Assembly (NCBI GenBank): GCA_964486045.1
Contig: CAZALK010000011.1
Location: 96,001-160,000, forward strand
Length of the DNA stretch: 64,000 nt
Origin: an uncultured archaeon
GTDB taxonomy: Archaea; Asgardarchaeota; Lokiarchaeia; Sigyniarchaeales; SOKP01
Direction of reading: 5' to 3'
Shown here: one piece after another, positions 51,137 through 59,424 of the stretch
Layout: each line of letters opens with the position of its first letter
How positions within the stretch are numbered: position 1 is the stretch's first letter
The notes under the pieces: generated by a model
Told to the model about the DNA's origin: nothing
The model's database searches: none
What the model saw: the letters and a program-made list of their open reading frames with translations, nothing else
Made by a program: the position numbers and the translations under genes

Positions 51137-51341
51137 TCTTTTTTTACTCGAAAATTAATTAAATTCAAAAGTAACTATTATTCTCTATTATATAAATGGT
51201 AAAAGAGTTTAAATTTTTAATATTTTTAAAAAAAGAATTAATAATTCTAAATTATGAAATCAAATAAATCGATATTTTTAAGATTATTAGTAGGAATTGA
51301 TTGTATGAAAAAGTATAAATTAATAGTAATACTATCATTTA

Positions 51342-51590
51342 GTGATAATTATGATAATAAAACGAAAAGTGGGGCCAAAAGGTCAAGTTGTTATACCTAA
51401 AGATGTACGAGAAGCCCTTAATATTAAACCTGGAAGTGAAGTTTTAATAGAAATCATTGAAAATGAAATCAGAATAAGACTTCCTTCAAACAAGAAAGAA
51501 TTTTTAGAAGACTTTTTAAAAACTCCTGAAAAATTAACAGAGAAAGTAGATTTTAAAAAATTTTACTATAAACAATACACAAAGGATTAA
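51342..51590 (+). CDS. vapB: AbrB/MazE/SpoVT antitoxin
   Basis: KVGPKGQVVIPKDVREALNIKPGSEV. Confidence 0.9.
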   Translation: MIIMIIKRKVGPKGQVVIPKDVREALNIKPGSEVLIEIIENEIRIRLPSNKKEFLEDFLKTPEKLTEKVDFKKFYYKQYTKD

Positions 51591-51593
51591 ATT

Positions 51594-52007
51594 ATGGAAA
51601 AGGTCTACATTGACACAAATATATTTCTCAACCCCATTTTATATGATACAAAAACAAATCAGGAAGCTAGCAAATCTAAAAGCTTTTTAGAAAAGATTAT
51701 CGTTAATGAAATAATTGGATTTACATCTGTTTTAACTTGGGATGAATTTGTTTGGATTATAAGAAAAACTTTAGGCATACAAGTAGCTATAGAGAAGGGG
51801 AGAAAGTTTCTTATTATTCCAAATCTAAGAATTGTAAAAGTATCACTAATAACTATAAATCGGGCGCAGGATTTAATATCTAATTATAGTATTCAACCTC
51901 GAGATGCCATTCATGTAGCATGTGCATTAGAAAATAAAATAAATCAAATTATCAGCTTTGATGAAGAATTCGACATTATTAAGGAAATAGAAAGAACTGA
52001 ACCATAA
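51594..52007 (+). CDS. vapC: VapC PIN-domain toxin
   Basis: YIDTNIF, TWDEF, PRDAIHVACA, ISFDEEFD. Confidence 0.92.
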   Translation: MEKVYIDTNIFLNPILYDTKTNQEASKSKSFLEKIIVNEIIGFTSVLTWDEFVWIIRKTLGIQVAIEKGRKFLIIPNLRIVKVSLITINRAQDLISNYSIQPRDAIHVACALENKINQIISFDEEFDIIKEIERTEP

Positions 52008-52056
52008 ATATCAAATATATAATTTAGAGACTTACGCCCATCAAAAAATTAAATAA

Positions 52057-52419
52057 TTATTTATCATTTTGTAAAGATTTATTATGAGCCCATTTCATTA
52101 AAGGTATCATAGCATCTCTAACTTCGATTCCATCCTGAGTTAGCGAGTATTCCACTTTTGGAGGTATTTCGGGAAAGAGCTCTCTCTTTATTAAGCCTGC
52201 TTCATTCAACTTTTTTAATCTATCTGAAAGGGCTTTTGGGCTTATACCTTTAATATCTTTTAAAAGTTCATTAAACCTTAACTTATCATAATTACTGATT
52301 GTGCCAATAATCACTAATGCCCATTTTTTACTAATGACATTAATAATTCCTTCTACCGGGCAAAAACAAAAGCCCTCTTCTCCCGTATTTTTACAACGAA
52401 TCCCAGTAACCTTTTTAAT
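52057..52419 (-). CDS. HxlR/DUF24 winged-HTH regulator with CFCP thiol motif (N-terminus extends beyond the ORF-track call; probable ATT start)
   Basis: Open frame IKKVTGIRCKNTGEEGFCFCPVEGIINVISKKWALVII..RFNEL..ISPKALSDRL..PPKVEYSLT; GGTGAG SD upstream of ATT at 52419. Confidence 0.85.
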   Translation of the reverse strand: MKKVTGIRCKNTGEEGFCFCPVEGIINVISKKWALVIIGTISNYDKLRFNELLKDIKGISPKALSDRLKKLNEAGLIKRELFPEIPPKVEYSLTQDGIEVRDAMIPLMKWAHNKSLQNDK

Positions 52420-52525
52420 ACTATCTCACCATTTTACTACTTACTATACAATTTAATACTGGACAATTTAAATACTTTATTATCTATATCTACTATAAAA
52501 ACTAAAGTATTGAAGGTGATAAAAA

Positions 52526-52675
52526 ATGCTCGAGGAATCTCATCTCATAAAGAAAGTCGAAATTCAACCAGAACAAAATGCTTGTTCTTGTGGTTGTACG
52601 GGTCAAGAAAATGAAAATTTTGAAGAAACTAAACAAAAACTAGTTAGTCAGTCCCAAAATGAATCAAAGAAATAA
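52526..52675 (+). CDS. 49-aa peptide with CSCGC motif, putative metal-binding (not in ORF track)
   Basis: AGGTGA SD then ATG; MLEESHLIKKVEIQPEQNACSCGCTGQENENFEETKQKLVSQSQNESKK*; divergent from HxlR. Confidence 0.7.
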   Translation: MLEESHLIKKVEIQPEQNACSCGCTGQENENFEETKQKLVSQSQNESKK

Positions 52676-52686
52676 GTTGTAATTAT

Positions 52687-52953
52687 ATGTTAATTTTAAA
52701 ACATGTCGAATATGAAATACCTGATCTTAATCAATTGAATCTACTATTAGAACATATAAATCAAATATCTTCTAAAATTGAAGGGATTTCATTTACTGAC
52801 ATTTTTTTTTCTAAAAATGGGAAGGAATTTGTTCTTCTGTTAGAATCTGAAAGTGAAGAAGTTTATCTTAATTGGAGAAAAATATGTCCTCCTCCATCTG
52901 GTACTAGAGATTGGTATGACGTATATTTGTCTAAAAAAGAAAGTTTCTCTTAA
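52687..52953 (+). CDS. Small hypothetical protein in the metal locus
   Basis: 88-aa ORF 11 nt after the CSCGC peptide; WRKICPPP. Confidence 0.65.
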   Translation: MLILKHVEYEIPDLNQLNLLLEHINQISSKIEGISFTDIFFSKNGKEFVLLLESESEEVYLNWRKICPPPSGTRDWYDVYLSKKESFS

Positions 52954-53117
52954 ACCTTGCAACCTTATTGGAAAGAACCTATACAAGAACTTGTCATAAA
53001 ATCTGAAATCAACACTCTTCAACATTTAGAAACCTAAGTCATATTGAAACTTAAGTTCACGAGCTATCTTATTAAATTAACTCCTAATTATATGAATTAT
53101 TATAAAATTATAACTGG

Positions 53118-53169
53118 AAGTTATTTAAATAACTTAATCCTAAGATTAATGTAAATCTGTTAAAGATTT
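53118..53169 (+). promoter_or_regulatory. TATA-centred perfect 18-bp palindrome plus two short inverted repeats upstream of the UGA-containing gene
   Basis: AAGTTATTTAAATAACTT (53118-53135), TTAATC-ctaa-GATTAA, AAATCT-gttaa-AGATTT. Confidence 0.5.
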
Positions 53170-53183
53170 TTTCGTTGATTATT

Positions 53184-53393
53184 ATGTTATATAATTGTAC
53201 CGTACATTGCCCATTTTGTGGACATTTAAATAAAGTTGAAATTCCGGAAAATAAATGACTTCTGAGCCTTGAATGTCAAGGTTGTAAGGATATCATTTCA
53301 GGGAAGGAAAATCCCCATGGTTGAAATTGAGTATTATGCGCTTATGGTGACACTCCTTGAGTACAAATTCAAGCAAAAGAAAAAATCAAGTAA
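53184..53393 (+). CDS. Putative GDCCVxC-family selenoprotein with four in-frame UGA (Sec) codons
   Basis: MLYNCTVHCPFCGHLNKVEIPENK-U-LLSLECQGCKDIISGKENPHG-U-N-U-VLCAYGDTP-U-VQIQAKEKIK*; TGA at 53256, 53322, 53328, 53358; ends in TAA. Confidence 0.75.
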
Positions 53394-53400
53394 AAAAAAA

Positions 53401-53448
53401 TCAATGATGCCAATGAATAAATGTTAGTCATTGGTTAAGACGAGATTG
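53401..53448 (+). promoter_or_regulatory. SECIS-like stem-loop candidate
   Basis: ATGA (53404) + 11 nt + AAA; helix GCCAATGA/TCATTGGT; 3' core reads TAAG rather than canonical NGAN. Confidence 0.45.
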
Positions 53449-53589
53449 CGCTCTCGAAAATTAAAAATAATATCTATAATCTCCTTTTTTTTATATATTA
53501 TTATAATAAGATTGAAAAAAGTTTTGATTGTAGATCTAAATAGAATAATAAATTAATAACTAATTTCTTTATTTAGAAGATGAAACAAA

Positions 53590-54993
53590 ATGGAAAACTA
53601 TGAATTAATTATAATAGGCGGCGGAGCAGCAGGATTTGCTGCTGCAATGAAAGCTAATGATTTAAAAATTAAAGCCCTAATGGTAAATAATGATGCGATA
53701 GGATTAGGTGGAACATGTGTTAATGTAGGCTGCGTTCCAACAAAATATTTGCTAAATATCGGAGATTTAATTAACAAATCGAGAAATCAACGATTTGAAG
53801 GTATCAAATCATCGATTTCTGTTAATTTTCAAAAAGTCATCGAGGGAAAAAATAATCTTATCAAGCAATTGCAACAGGATAAATATGAAAATGTTTTGAA
53901 AAAATTACCAAACGTTGATCTTGTTGAAGGTAATGCCAAATTCGTTTCAAACTCAGAAATTCAAGTGGATAATCAAAAAACATTTAAAACAAATAAATTT
54001 ATTGTTGCTACTGGCTCCTCATCTTTTATTCCACCAATAAAGGGTATTGAGCAAGTTGATTACACCACTAATATTGAAGCACTTCAATTAGAAAAGCTAC
54101 CAGAGACTATGATTGTTTTAGGTGGGGGTGCATTAGGAGTTGAATTTGCTCAATTATTTTCTCGATTTGGGACAAAAGTTTATCTTTTTGAAATGCTAGA
54201 TAGTATAGTACCAAATGAAGAACCTGAAATATCTCTTTATCTAAAAGAATATCTTCAAGATGAAGGAATCGAGATTTATACAAATGCTAAAATAATTGAA
54301 ATCGAAAATGGAGATAGTGAGAAAGTAATAAAAGTACTTCATAATAACAATGAGTCAACATTTAAAGCAGAACACATTTTAATCGCAGCAGGAAGGAAGC
54401 CTAACACTAACAATCTAGGACTAGAAGAAATTGGAATAAATTTAGGAAAGAAGGGACAGATTATCGTTGATGAATTTATGAAGGCAAGAGAAAACATATG
54501 GGCTGCCGGGGATGTAATCGGTGAACCAATGTTAGAAACTATTGCTGCTAGAGAAGGAATGATTGCTACGACGAATGCTTTATCAGATGAAAAAATTAAA
54601 ATGGATTACAGAGTGGTTCCCCATGCAATTTTTACCAGTCCTCAAGTTGGGAGTGTTGGTTTAACTGATCTCCAAGCAAATCAAATGGGTTTTGATTGCA
54701 GATGTAATACAATCCCAATTGGGTTTGTAGCTAAATCAAAAATCATTAATGAAGATAAAGGAGTATTAAAAATCGTAATCAATAGAAAAACAGAAGAAAT
54801 TTTAGGCATTCACATTTTATCTACTAATGCTGCTGATCTAATTCATGAAGGTGTTATGATTATTAAGAATCATATGACACTCGATGATGTAATTAGTACA
54901 ATCCATGTTTTTCCTACATTATCAGAAGCTATAAAACTTACAGCCCAATCATTCAAACGAGATATTTCTGTTATTAGTTGTTGTATTGAATAA
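53590..54993 (+). CDS. merA: Mercuric reductase (no N-terminal NmerA domain)
   Basis: GGGAAG FAD motif, GGTCVNVGCVPTK active site, HVFPTLSEAIKL, C-terminal vicinal SCCIE. Confidence 0.93.
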   Translation: MENYELIIIGGGAAGFAAAMKANDLKIKALMVNNDAIGLGGTCVNVGCVPTKYLLNIGDLINKSRNQRFEGIKSSISVNFQKVIEGKNNLIKQLQQDKYENVLKKLPNVDLVEGNAKFVSNSEIQVDNQKTFKTNKFIVATGSSSFIPPIKGIEQVDYTTNIEALQLEKLPETMIVLGGGALGVEFAQLFSRFGTKVYLFEMLDSIVPNEEPEISLYLKEYLQDEGIEIYTNAKIIEIENGDSEKVIKVLHNNNESTFKAEHILIAAGRKPNTNNLGLEEIGINLGKKGQIIVDEFMKARENIWAAGDVIGEPMLETIAAREGMIATTNALSDEKIKMDYRVVPHAIFTSPQVGSVGLTDLQANQMGFDCRCNTIPIGFVAKSKIINEDKGVLKIVINRKTEEILGIHILSTNAADLIHEGVMIIKNHMTLDDVISTIHVFPTLSEAIKLTAQSFKRDISVISCCIE

Positions 54994-55075
54994 CTTTATC
55001 TATTTTACATCAGATAAGATATAGATAAAGTGTATAATGAGAATTTTACCAAATTTAAAATCAAGGTAGTTTAAA

Positions 55076-55303
55076 ATTAAACCAAGAAAAATAAAATTCA
55101 CCGCGAAAAATAAGGCAATTCATTGTAAATCTTGCAAAGCGCGTATTGAGACAGTATTAAAAAATGAACCAGGTATAATAAGTATCAAAGCGGATTATAA
55201 AACTCAGAATGTAGATTTGCTTTTTGATGAGGAAATAATCACAATACAAGTTATAAAAACAATAATAGAAGATTTGGGATTTCCTATCAAAAAATTGGGT
55301 TAA
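55076..55303 (+). CDS. Stand-alone HMA metallochaperone (CopZ/MerP-like), missing from ORF track; probable ATT start
   Basis: ..AIHCKSCKARIETVLKNEPGIISIKADYKTQNVDLLFDEEIITIQVIKTIIEDLGF; in-frame TAG at 55067 separates it from the ATG at 55037. Confidence 0.75.
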   Translation: MKPRKIKFTAKNKAIHCKSCKARIETVLKNEPGIISIKADYKTQNVDLLFDEEIITIQVIKTIIEDLGFPIKKLG

Positions 55304-55330
55304 AAATTTTAGGATGATAATCGAGGCTTC

Positions 55331-57538
55331 ATGCTAATGAACAATTCACTCGAGAAAATTCTATTAAAAATTGGAGGTATGCAATGTTCCTTTTGCACTC
55401 ATTCGATTAAACAAGCTCTTAATCGCCTAAATGGTGTTCATAAGGTTGGAGTAAGTTTAGCACATGAAGAAGCTCTAATTCAATATGAGCCTTATTTAAC
55501 CAGCCCTCTTGAAATAAAAGATACACTTAGGGATTTAGGTTTTAAAATTAGAGATCCCAATAAACTCTATAGTTTTGATGAGGAAGAACAAGAATTACGC
55601 AAGGAAAGGAATCGTTTGTTCATAGCGACCACTGCGACATTAATCTCATTGGTGTTCATGGTTTTTATGTGGTTGGGGTTAAGAAATCTGTTAGTGCCTT
55701 GGATAATGTTTTTATTAGCAATTTTTACAATGTTTATCCCCGGTTGGTATATTAAACTAATGGCATGGGCATCTTTAAAAAGATTTATACTAAACCAACA
55801 TGTCTTATTAGAATTTGCAGCATTTGGAGGTTTAATAGGGGGAATTTATGGGATTTTTGTTAGGAATTGGCCAATAGCAGATTTTTTTGCTGTTTGTGTG
55901 TTTGTAACTAGTTATCATATTCTTTCTGGGTACGTTTCTTTGTTTGTAAGAACAAGATCTTCCCAGGCTATTAAAAAGTTAATGGAGTTACAACCTGAAA
56001 CAGCTCGAATTATAAAAAGAGATGATACTGAAGAAGAAATTTTAGTTGAATTGGTTAAAAAGGGAGATAAAGTAAGAATTCGCTCAGGAGAAAGAATTCC
56101 TGTGGACGGTATTGTAATTAGTGGTATGTCCTCAGTGGATCAAAGCCTTGTGACGGGAGAATCTTTCCCAGTCGAGAAAATAAAAGGAGATACTGTAATA
56201 GGGGGATCGTTAAATCTTCAAGGGTTGTTGTTAATTGAAGTAACTAAAGTCGGGAAAGATTCTTTCCTTCAACAAATCTCTCAACACATTCAGGAAGCAC
56301 GAGCTCTCAAACCAGGAATCGCGATTATAATTGATTACGTACTAAAATATTTCGTTAAAATCGTACTTTTCGCGGCAATTCTCGCTTTTTTTATTTGGAC
56401 AGTTGGGTTTTGGTTATTTACAGGAGAATTTAATTTCGAAAAAGCAATATTTGCAACATTATCAGTTCTAGTAATGGGTTACCCTTGCGCTTTAGGAATG
56501 GCTACTCCTTTAGCAATTATCCGAGGCGGTGGTATTGCGGCTCAAAAAGGTATTCTAATGCGTTCTGGAGAAGCTTTTCAGGTGTTTAAAGATATTAGTA
56601 AAATCATTTTTGATAAAACAGGCACCTTGACTATAGGAAGACCTCAAATCGTTAAAATTATACCAGTTAAACCTTATAGTAAAGAAGAACTTATTTCTGT
56701 AACAGCAAGTATTGAAGCTGGATCAAACCATCCTTTAGCAAAAGCTATTGTTGAATACGCTAACTCTAATGATATCCCTTTTCAAGAAGTCCTTGATTTT
56801 CAAGAAATTACAGGTCTAGGAGTTAAAGGGACTATAGATAATAAAAATATACTTGTGGGAAACACGCGTTTTATTGAAGGTAAAGGGATAATAAATGAAA
56901 AATTCGAGAAACAGCGGATTGAATTAGAGAACCAAGGTTTTACAATAATTAATATAGTAGAAAAAGAAAAAATTATTGGGGTTATTGCTATCGGAGATAC
57001 ATTAAAAGAGGATGCTAAAAAAACTATAGGTTTACTCAAACAACTTGAGATTGAGCCAACAATTATTACTGGTGATAATTGGCGTGTAGCGAAAGTTATT
57101 GCAAAAGAATTAGGTATTAACAACATATTAGCAGAGGTATTACCTCAAGAAAAAGCAAAAAAAATAAGAGATCTTCAATCTCAAGGAGATAGAGTGGCAA
57201 TGGTCGGGGATGGAACTAATGATGCTCCAGCACTAATGCAAGCTGATATTGGGATTGCCATTGGTGCAGGTACAGATATTGCTATAGAATCTGCTGATAT
57301 TATTTTAATTAATAATCAATTAAAAGGAATCATAGATGCTTACCATATAGGAAAATCTAGTTATTCAAAAACTGTTCAAAATATTATCATGGCTTTTTCA
57401 TTTAATGCAATTGGGGTACTTACTGGTATTCTTGGGTTAGTTCACCCGATATGGGCTATGATAGCCATGGCATTGAGTGTTACAACCGTCTTGTTAAACT
57501 CTTTTGCGGGAAAATTTTTTTTTAAAAAAAACAATTGA
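55331..57538 (+). CDS. P1B-type heavy-metal-translocating ATPase (CopA-like)
   Basis: GMQCSFC HMA, TGES, CPC, DKTGT, HP, TGD, GDGTNDAP, FN (for YN) and MALS. Confidence 0.92.
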   Translation: MLMNNSLEKILLKIGGMQCSFCTHSIKQALNRLNGVHKVGVSLAHEEALIQYEPYLTSPLEIKDTLRDLGFKIRDPNKLYSFDEEEQELRKERNRLFIATTATLISLVFMVFMWLGLRNLLVPWIMFLLAIFTMFIPGWYIKLMAWASLKRFILNQHVLLEFAAFGGLIGGIYGIFVRNWPIADFFAVCVFVTSYHILSGYVSLFVRTRSSQAIKKLMELQPETARIIKRDDTEEEILVELVKKGDKVRIRSGERIPVDGIVISGMSSVDQSLVTGESFPVEKIKGDTVIGGSLNLQGLLLIEVTKVGKDSFLQQISQHIQEARALKPGIAIIIDYVLKYFVKIVLFAAILAFFIWTVGFWLFTGEFNFEKAIFATLSVLVMGYPCALGMATPLAIIRGGGIAAQKGILMRSGEAFQVFKDISKIIFDKTGTLTIGRPQIVKIIPVKPYSKEELISVTASIEAGSNHPLAKAIVEYANSNDIPFQEVLDFQEITGLGVKGTIDNKNILVGNTRFIEGKGIINEKFEKQRIELENQGFTIINIVEKEKIIGVIAIGDTLKEDAKKTIGLLKQLEIEPTIITGDNWRVAKVIAKELGINNILAEVLPQEKAKKIRDLQSQGDRVAMVGDGTNDAPALMQADIGIAIGAGTDIAIESADIILINNQLKGIIDAYHIGKSSYSKTVQNIIMAFSFNAIGVLTGILGLVHPIWAMIAMALSVTTVLLNSFAGKFFFKKNN

Positions 57539-57695
57539 AAGAGGATAGAGAAATAAATAAGAAACTAATAATAATCTAATTAATGAGAATATCTTAAGAT
57601 ATAGTAGCAAAATACAAGGAAATTCAACTGAAATCTAAAAATCTAATGTTATCGATCATTACATTAATAATAAGAAAAACCCAAAACGATAAATA

Positions 57696-58349
57696 ATGAA
57701 GAATAAGGATAAATTAAATGTTGATTGGATTGATTTAGTGTCAAATTTTTCTGATGACGATAGATACATCAAAGATACTTTTGATAGACTTGTTCAATTT
57801 TATAATTCCTTAGGTAGATATTATCATAATTTAAATCACGTCGGAGATATGCTGACTGAAGCTGAAGAATTAAAAACATTGGTTGATGATTATGATTCAT
57901 TTTTATTTGCAATTTGGTTTCATGATATAGTATATGATGCAAAAAGGAGTGATAACGAAGAGAAAAGTTCTGAAATGGCCAAAAAATTTCTCAATATTAT
58001 ATATTACGATAAAAAGAAAATAGAAAAAGTAAAATATTTAATTTTAAAGACAAAAAATCATTCAAAAATTGACTCTAATGAAGATCTTAGCACTAGACTT
58101 TTTCTAGATTTAGATTTATTAATCCTTGGAGCAAATGATGAAATATATCGAATATATGCTGAAAATATCAGAAAAGAATATTCCTTTGTGCCAGAAAAGA
58201 TTTATATCTTAGAGAGAATTAAAATTTTAGAGAATTTTCTTAATCAAGAATATCTATTTAAAACAGAAAGGTTTCGAAAACAATTTGAAAAGATAGCTCG
58301 AAAGAACATAAAATCTGAAATCAGTTCTCTTCAACTTTTAGATATCTAA
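57696..58349 (+). CDS. HD-superfamily metal-dependent phosphohydrolase
   Basis: RYYHNLNH, AIWFHDIVYD..DNEEKS, DLDLLILG, IRKEY. Confidence 0.85.
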   Translation: MKNKDKLNVDWIDLVSNFSDDDRYIKDTFDRLVQFYNSLGRYYHNLNHVGDMLTEAEELKTLVDDYDSFLFAIWFHDIVYDAKRSDNEEKSSEMAKKFLNIIYYDKKKIEKVKYLILKTKNHSKIDSNEDLSTRLFLDLDLLILGANDEIYRIYAENIRKEYSFVPEKIYILERIKILENFLNQEYLFKTERFRKQFEKIARKNIKSEISSLQLLDI

Positions 58350-58605
58350 GTCCACGACTGTTGAGTTAATATTCAACCACATACGAGGTTCTGTTTCGAA
58401 TTAAAATAAGTTTGCTAAATTCTTTTTATTAGATTAATTCGTAATATTTATAGTAAATAAGCAAGGATAAGAATATATTTACGTAATCTATAATATTATA
58501 AGACTAAAAATATTGATCCTACTATTATTAAAAACCATTCTCAACCCAAAAAAATAGAAATCAATTATCAAATAAGCATGAAATATATCAATAGAACATA
58601 AGATT

Positions 58606-59268
58606 ATGAATCGCGTAGAAGTCTATGTTATAGTTAAAGATGCTGGTGTTTTACTGAATAAATACGCTATTTTAGATTTTGGGCAAACTGATAAAGATCA
58701 ATTAATGTCTGGGTTTTTATCTGCTCTCAACAATTTTGTCAAAGAGTTAGACTTTCCAGCTGGAGTGTCATTAATTCGATCAGGGCACTTAGAAGCCCGA
58801 TTTAGTCCTGGAGAGTTTGTTTTTTCAGTGTTAATAATAGATTATCAAATTCCTCTTGGTTCATCTACAGAACATATTCTAAGCTCTCTCGCTGAGGAAA
58901 TTAATCAAAGATTTGAAGAAAAATATAGAAAATCATTACAGAGCCAAGTTAAATCTCATAAATTTGAACCCACCGTTTTTGAGGACTTTTGGAAAGATAT
59001 TGATGGATTAATTGATCAATTTGGTGAAGAATCATATGAGTTATATCAAAAGTTGGTTTTAATTGAGGCTATGTATGCTAAAGTTCCACAAAAATGGTGC
59101 CTTCCAATGATTGAATTAGTCGGGGCAGGAAAGCGAGTTGATATTATGAAAGGGATCCCGGAAATGTATCACCGTCCCCTAAAGAGAGCAATTCAAAAAG
59201 TGAATCATAATAACAGACCAGTGTGGGAAATTTTTGCTGTATCAATGCTTGATCCTAATTCTCCTTAG
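58606..59268 (+). CDS. Longin-like domain protein
   Basis: VYVIVKDAGVLL..DQLMSGFLSALNNFVKEL..EINQRFEEKY, a pattern typical of Asgard longins. Confidence 0.65.
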   Translation: MNRVEVYVIVKDAGVLLNKYAILDFGQTDKDQLMSGFLSALNNFVKELDFPAGVSLIRSGHLEARFSPGEFVFSVLIIDYQIPLGSSTEHILSSLAEEINQRFEEKYRKSLQSQVKSHKFEPTVFEDFWKDIDGLIDQFGEESYELYQKLVLIEAMYAKVPQKWCLPMIELVGAGKRVDIMKGIPEMYHRPLKRAIQKVNHNNRPVWEIFAVSMLDPNSP

Positions 59269-59424
59269 TTTTTTAGCTCTAACGAGATCATCTTATTATT
59301 CAATTTATGATTAAAAACAAAAATTTTTAAAAGAAAAATAAAAGGATAATATTGAGAATCATGATGCAAAATCCTAAAAGAACTAGTATTATTAGAGAAA
59401 TTATTAAATTAACTTTAGTTAGTA

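Noticed and set aside
50946-51158. 70-aa + strand ORF
   Set aside because: Antisense shadow of the nreA remnant
52471-52511. 9-bp inverted repeat AATACTTTA-N23-TAAAGTATT between HxlR and the CSCGC peptide
   Set aside because: Plausible operator, but long spacer and AT-richness make it indistinguishable from chance without comparative data
53184-53393. UGA reassigned genome-wide (to Trp or Gly) as the explanation for the in-frame TGAs
   Set aside because: TGA ends ordinary genes here at their expected C-termini (P1B ATPase 57536-57538, PAC2, O-methyltransferase), and Trp is encoded by TGG
55037-55075. Pyrrolysine/UAG read-through from the ATG at 55037 into the HMA domain
   Set aside because: The TAG lies outside the domain within an SD-like AGGTAG and no pyl genes are visible; an ATT start or a nonsense mutation is simpler
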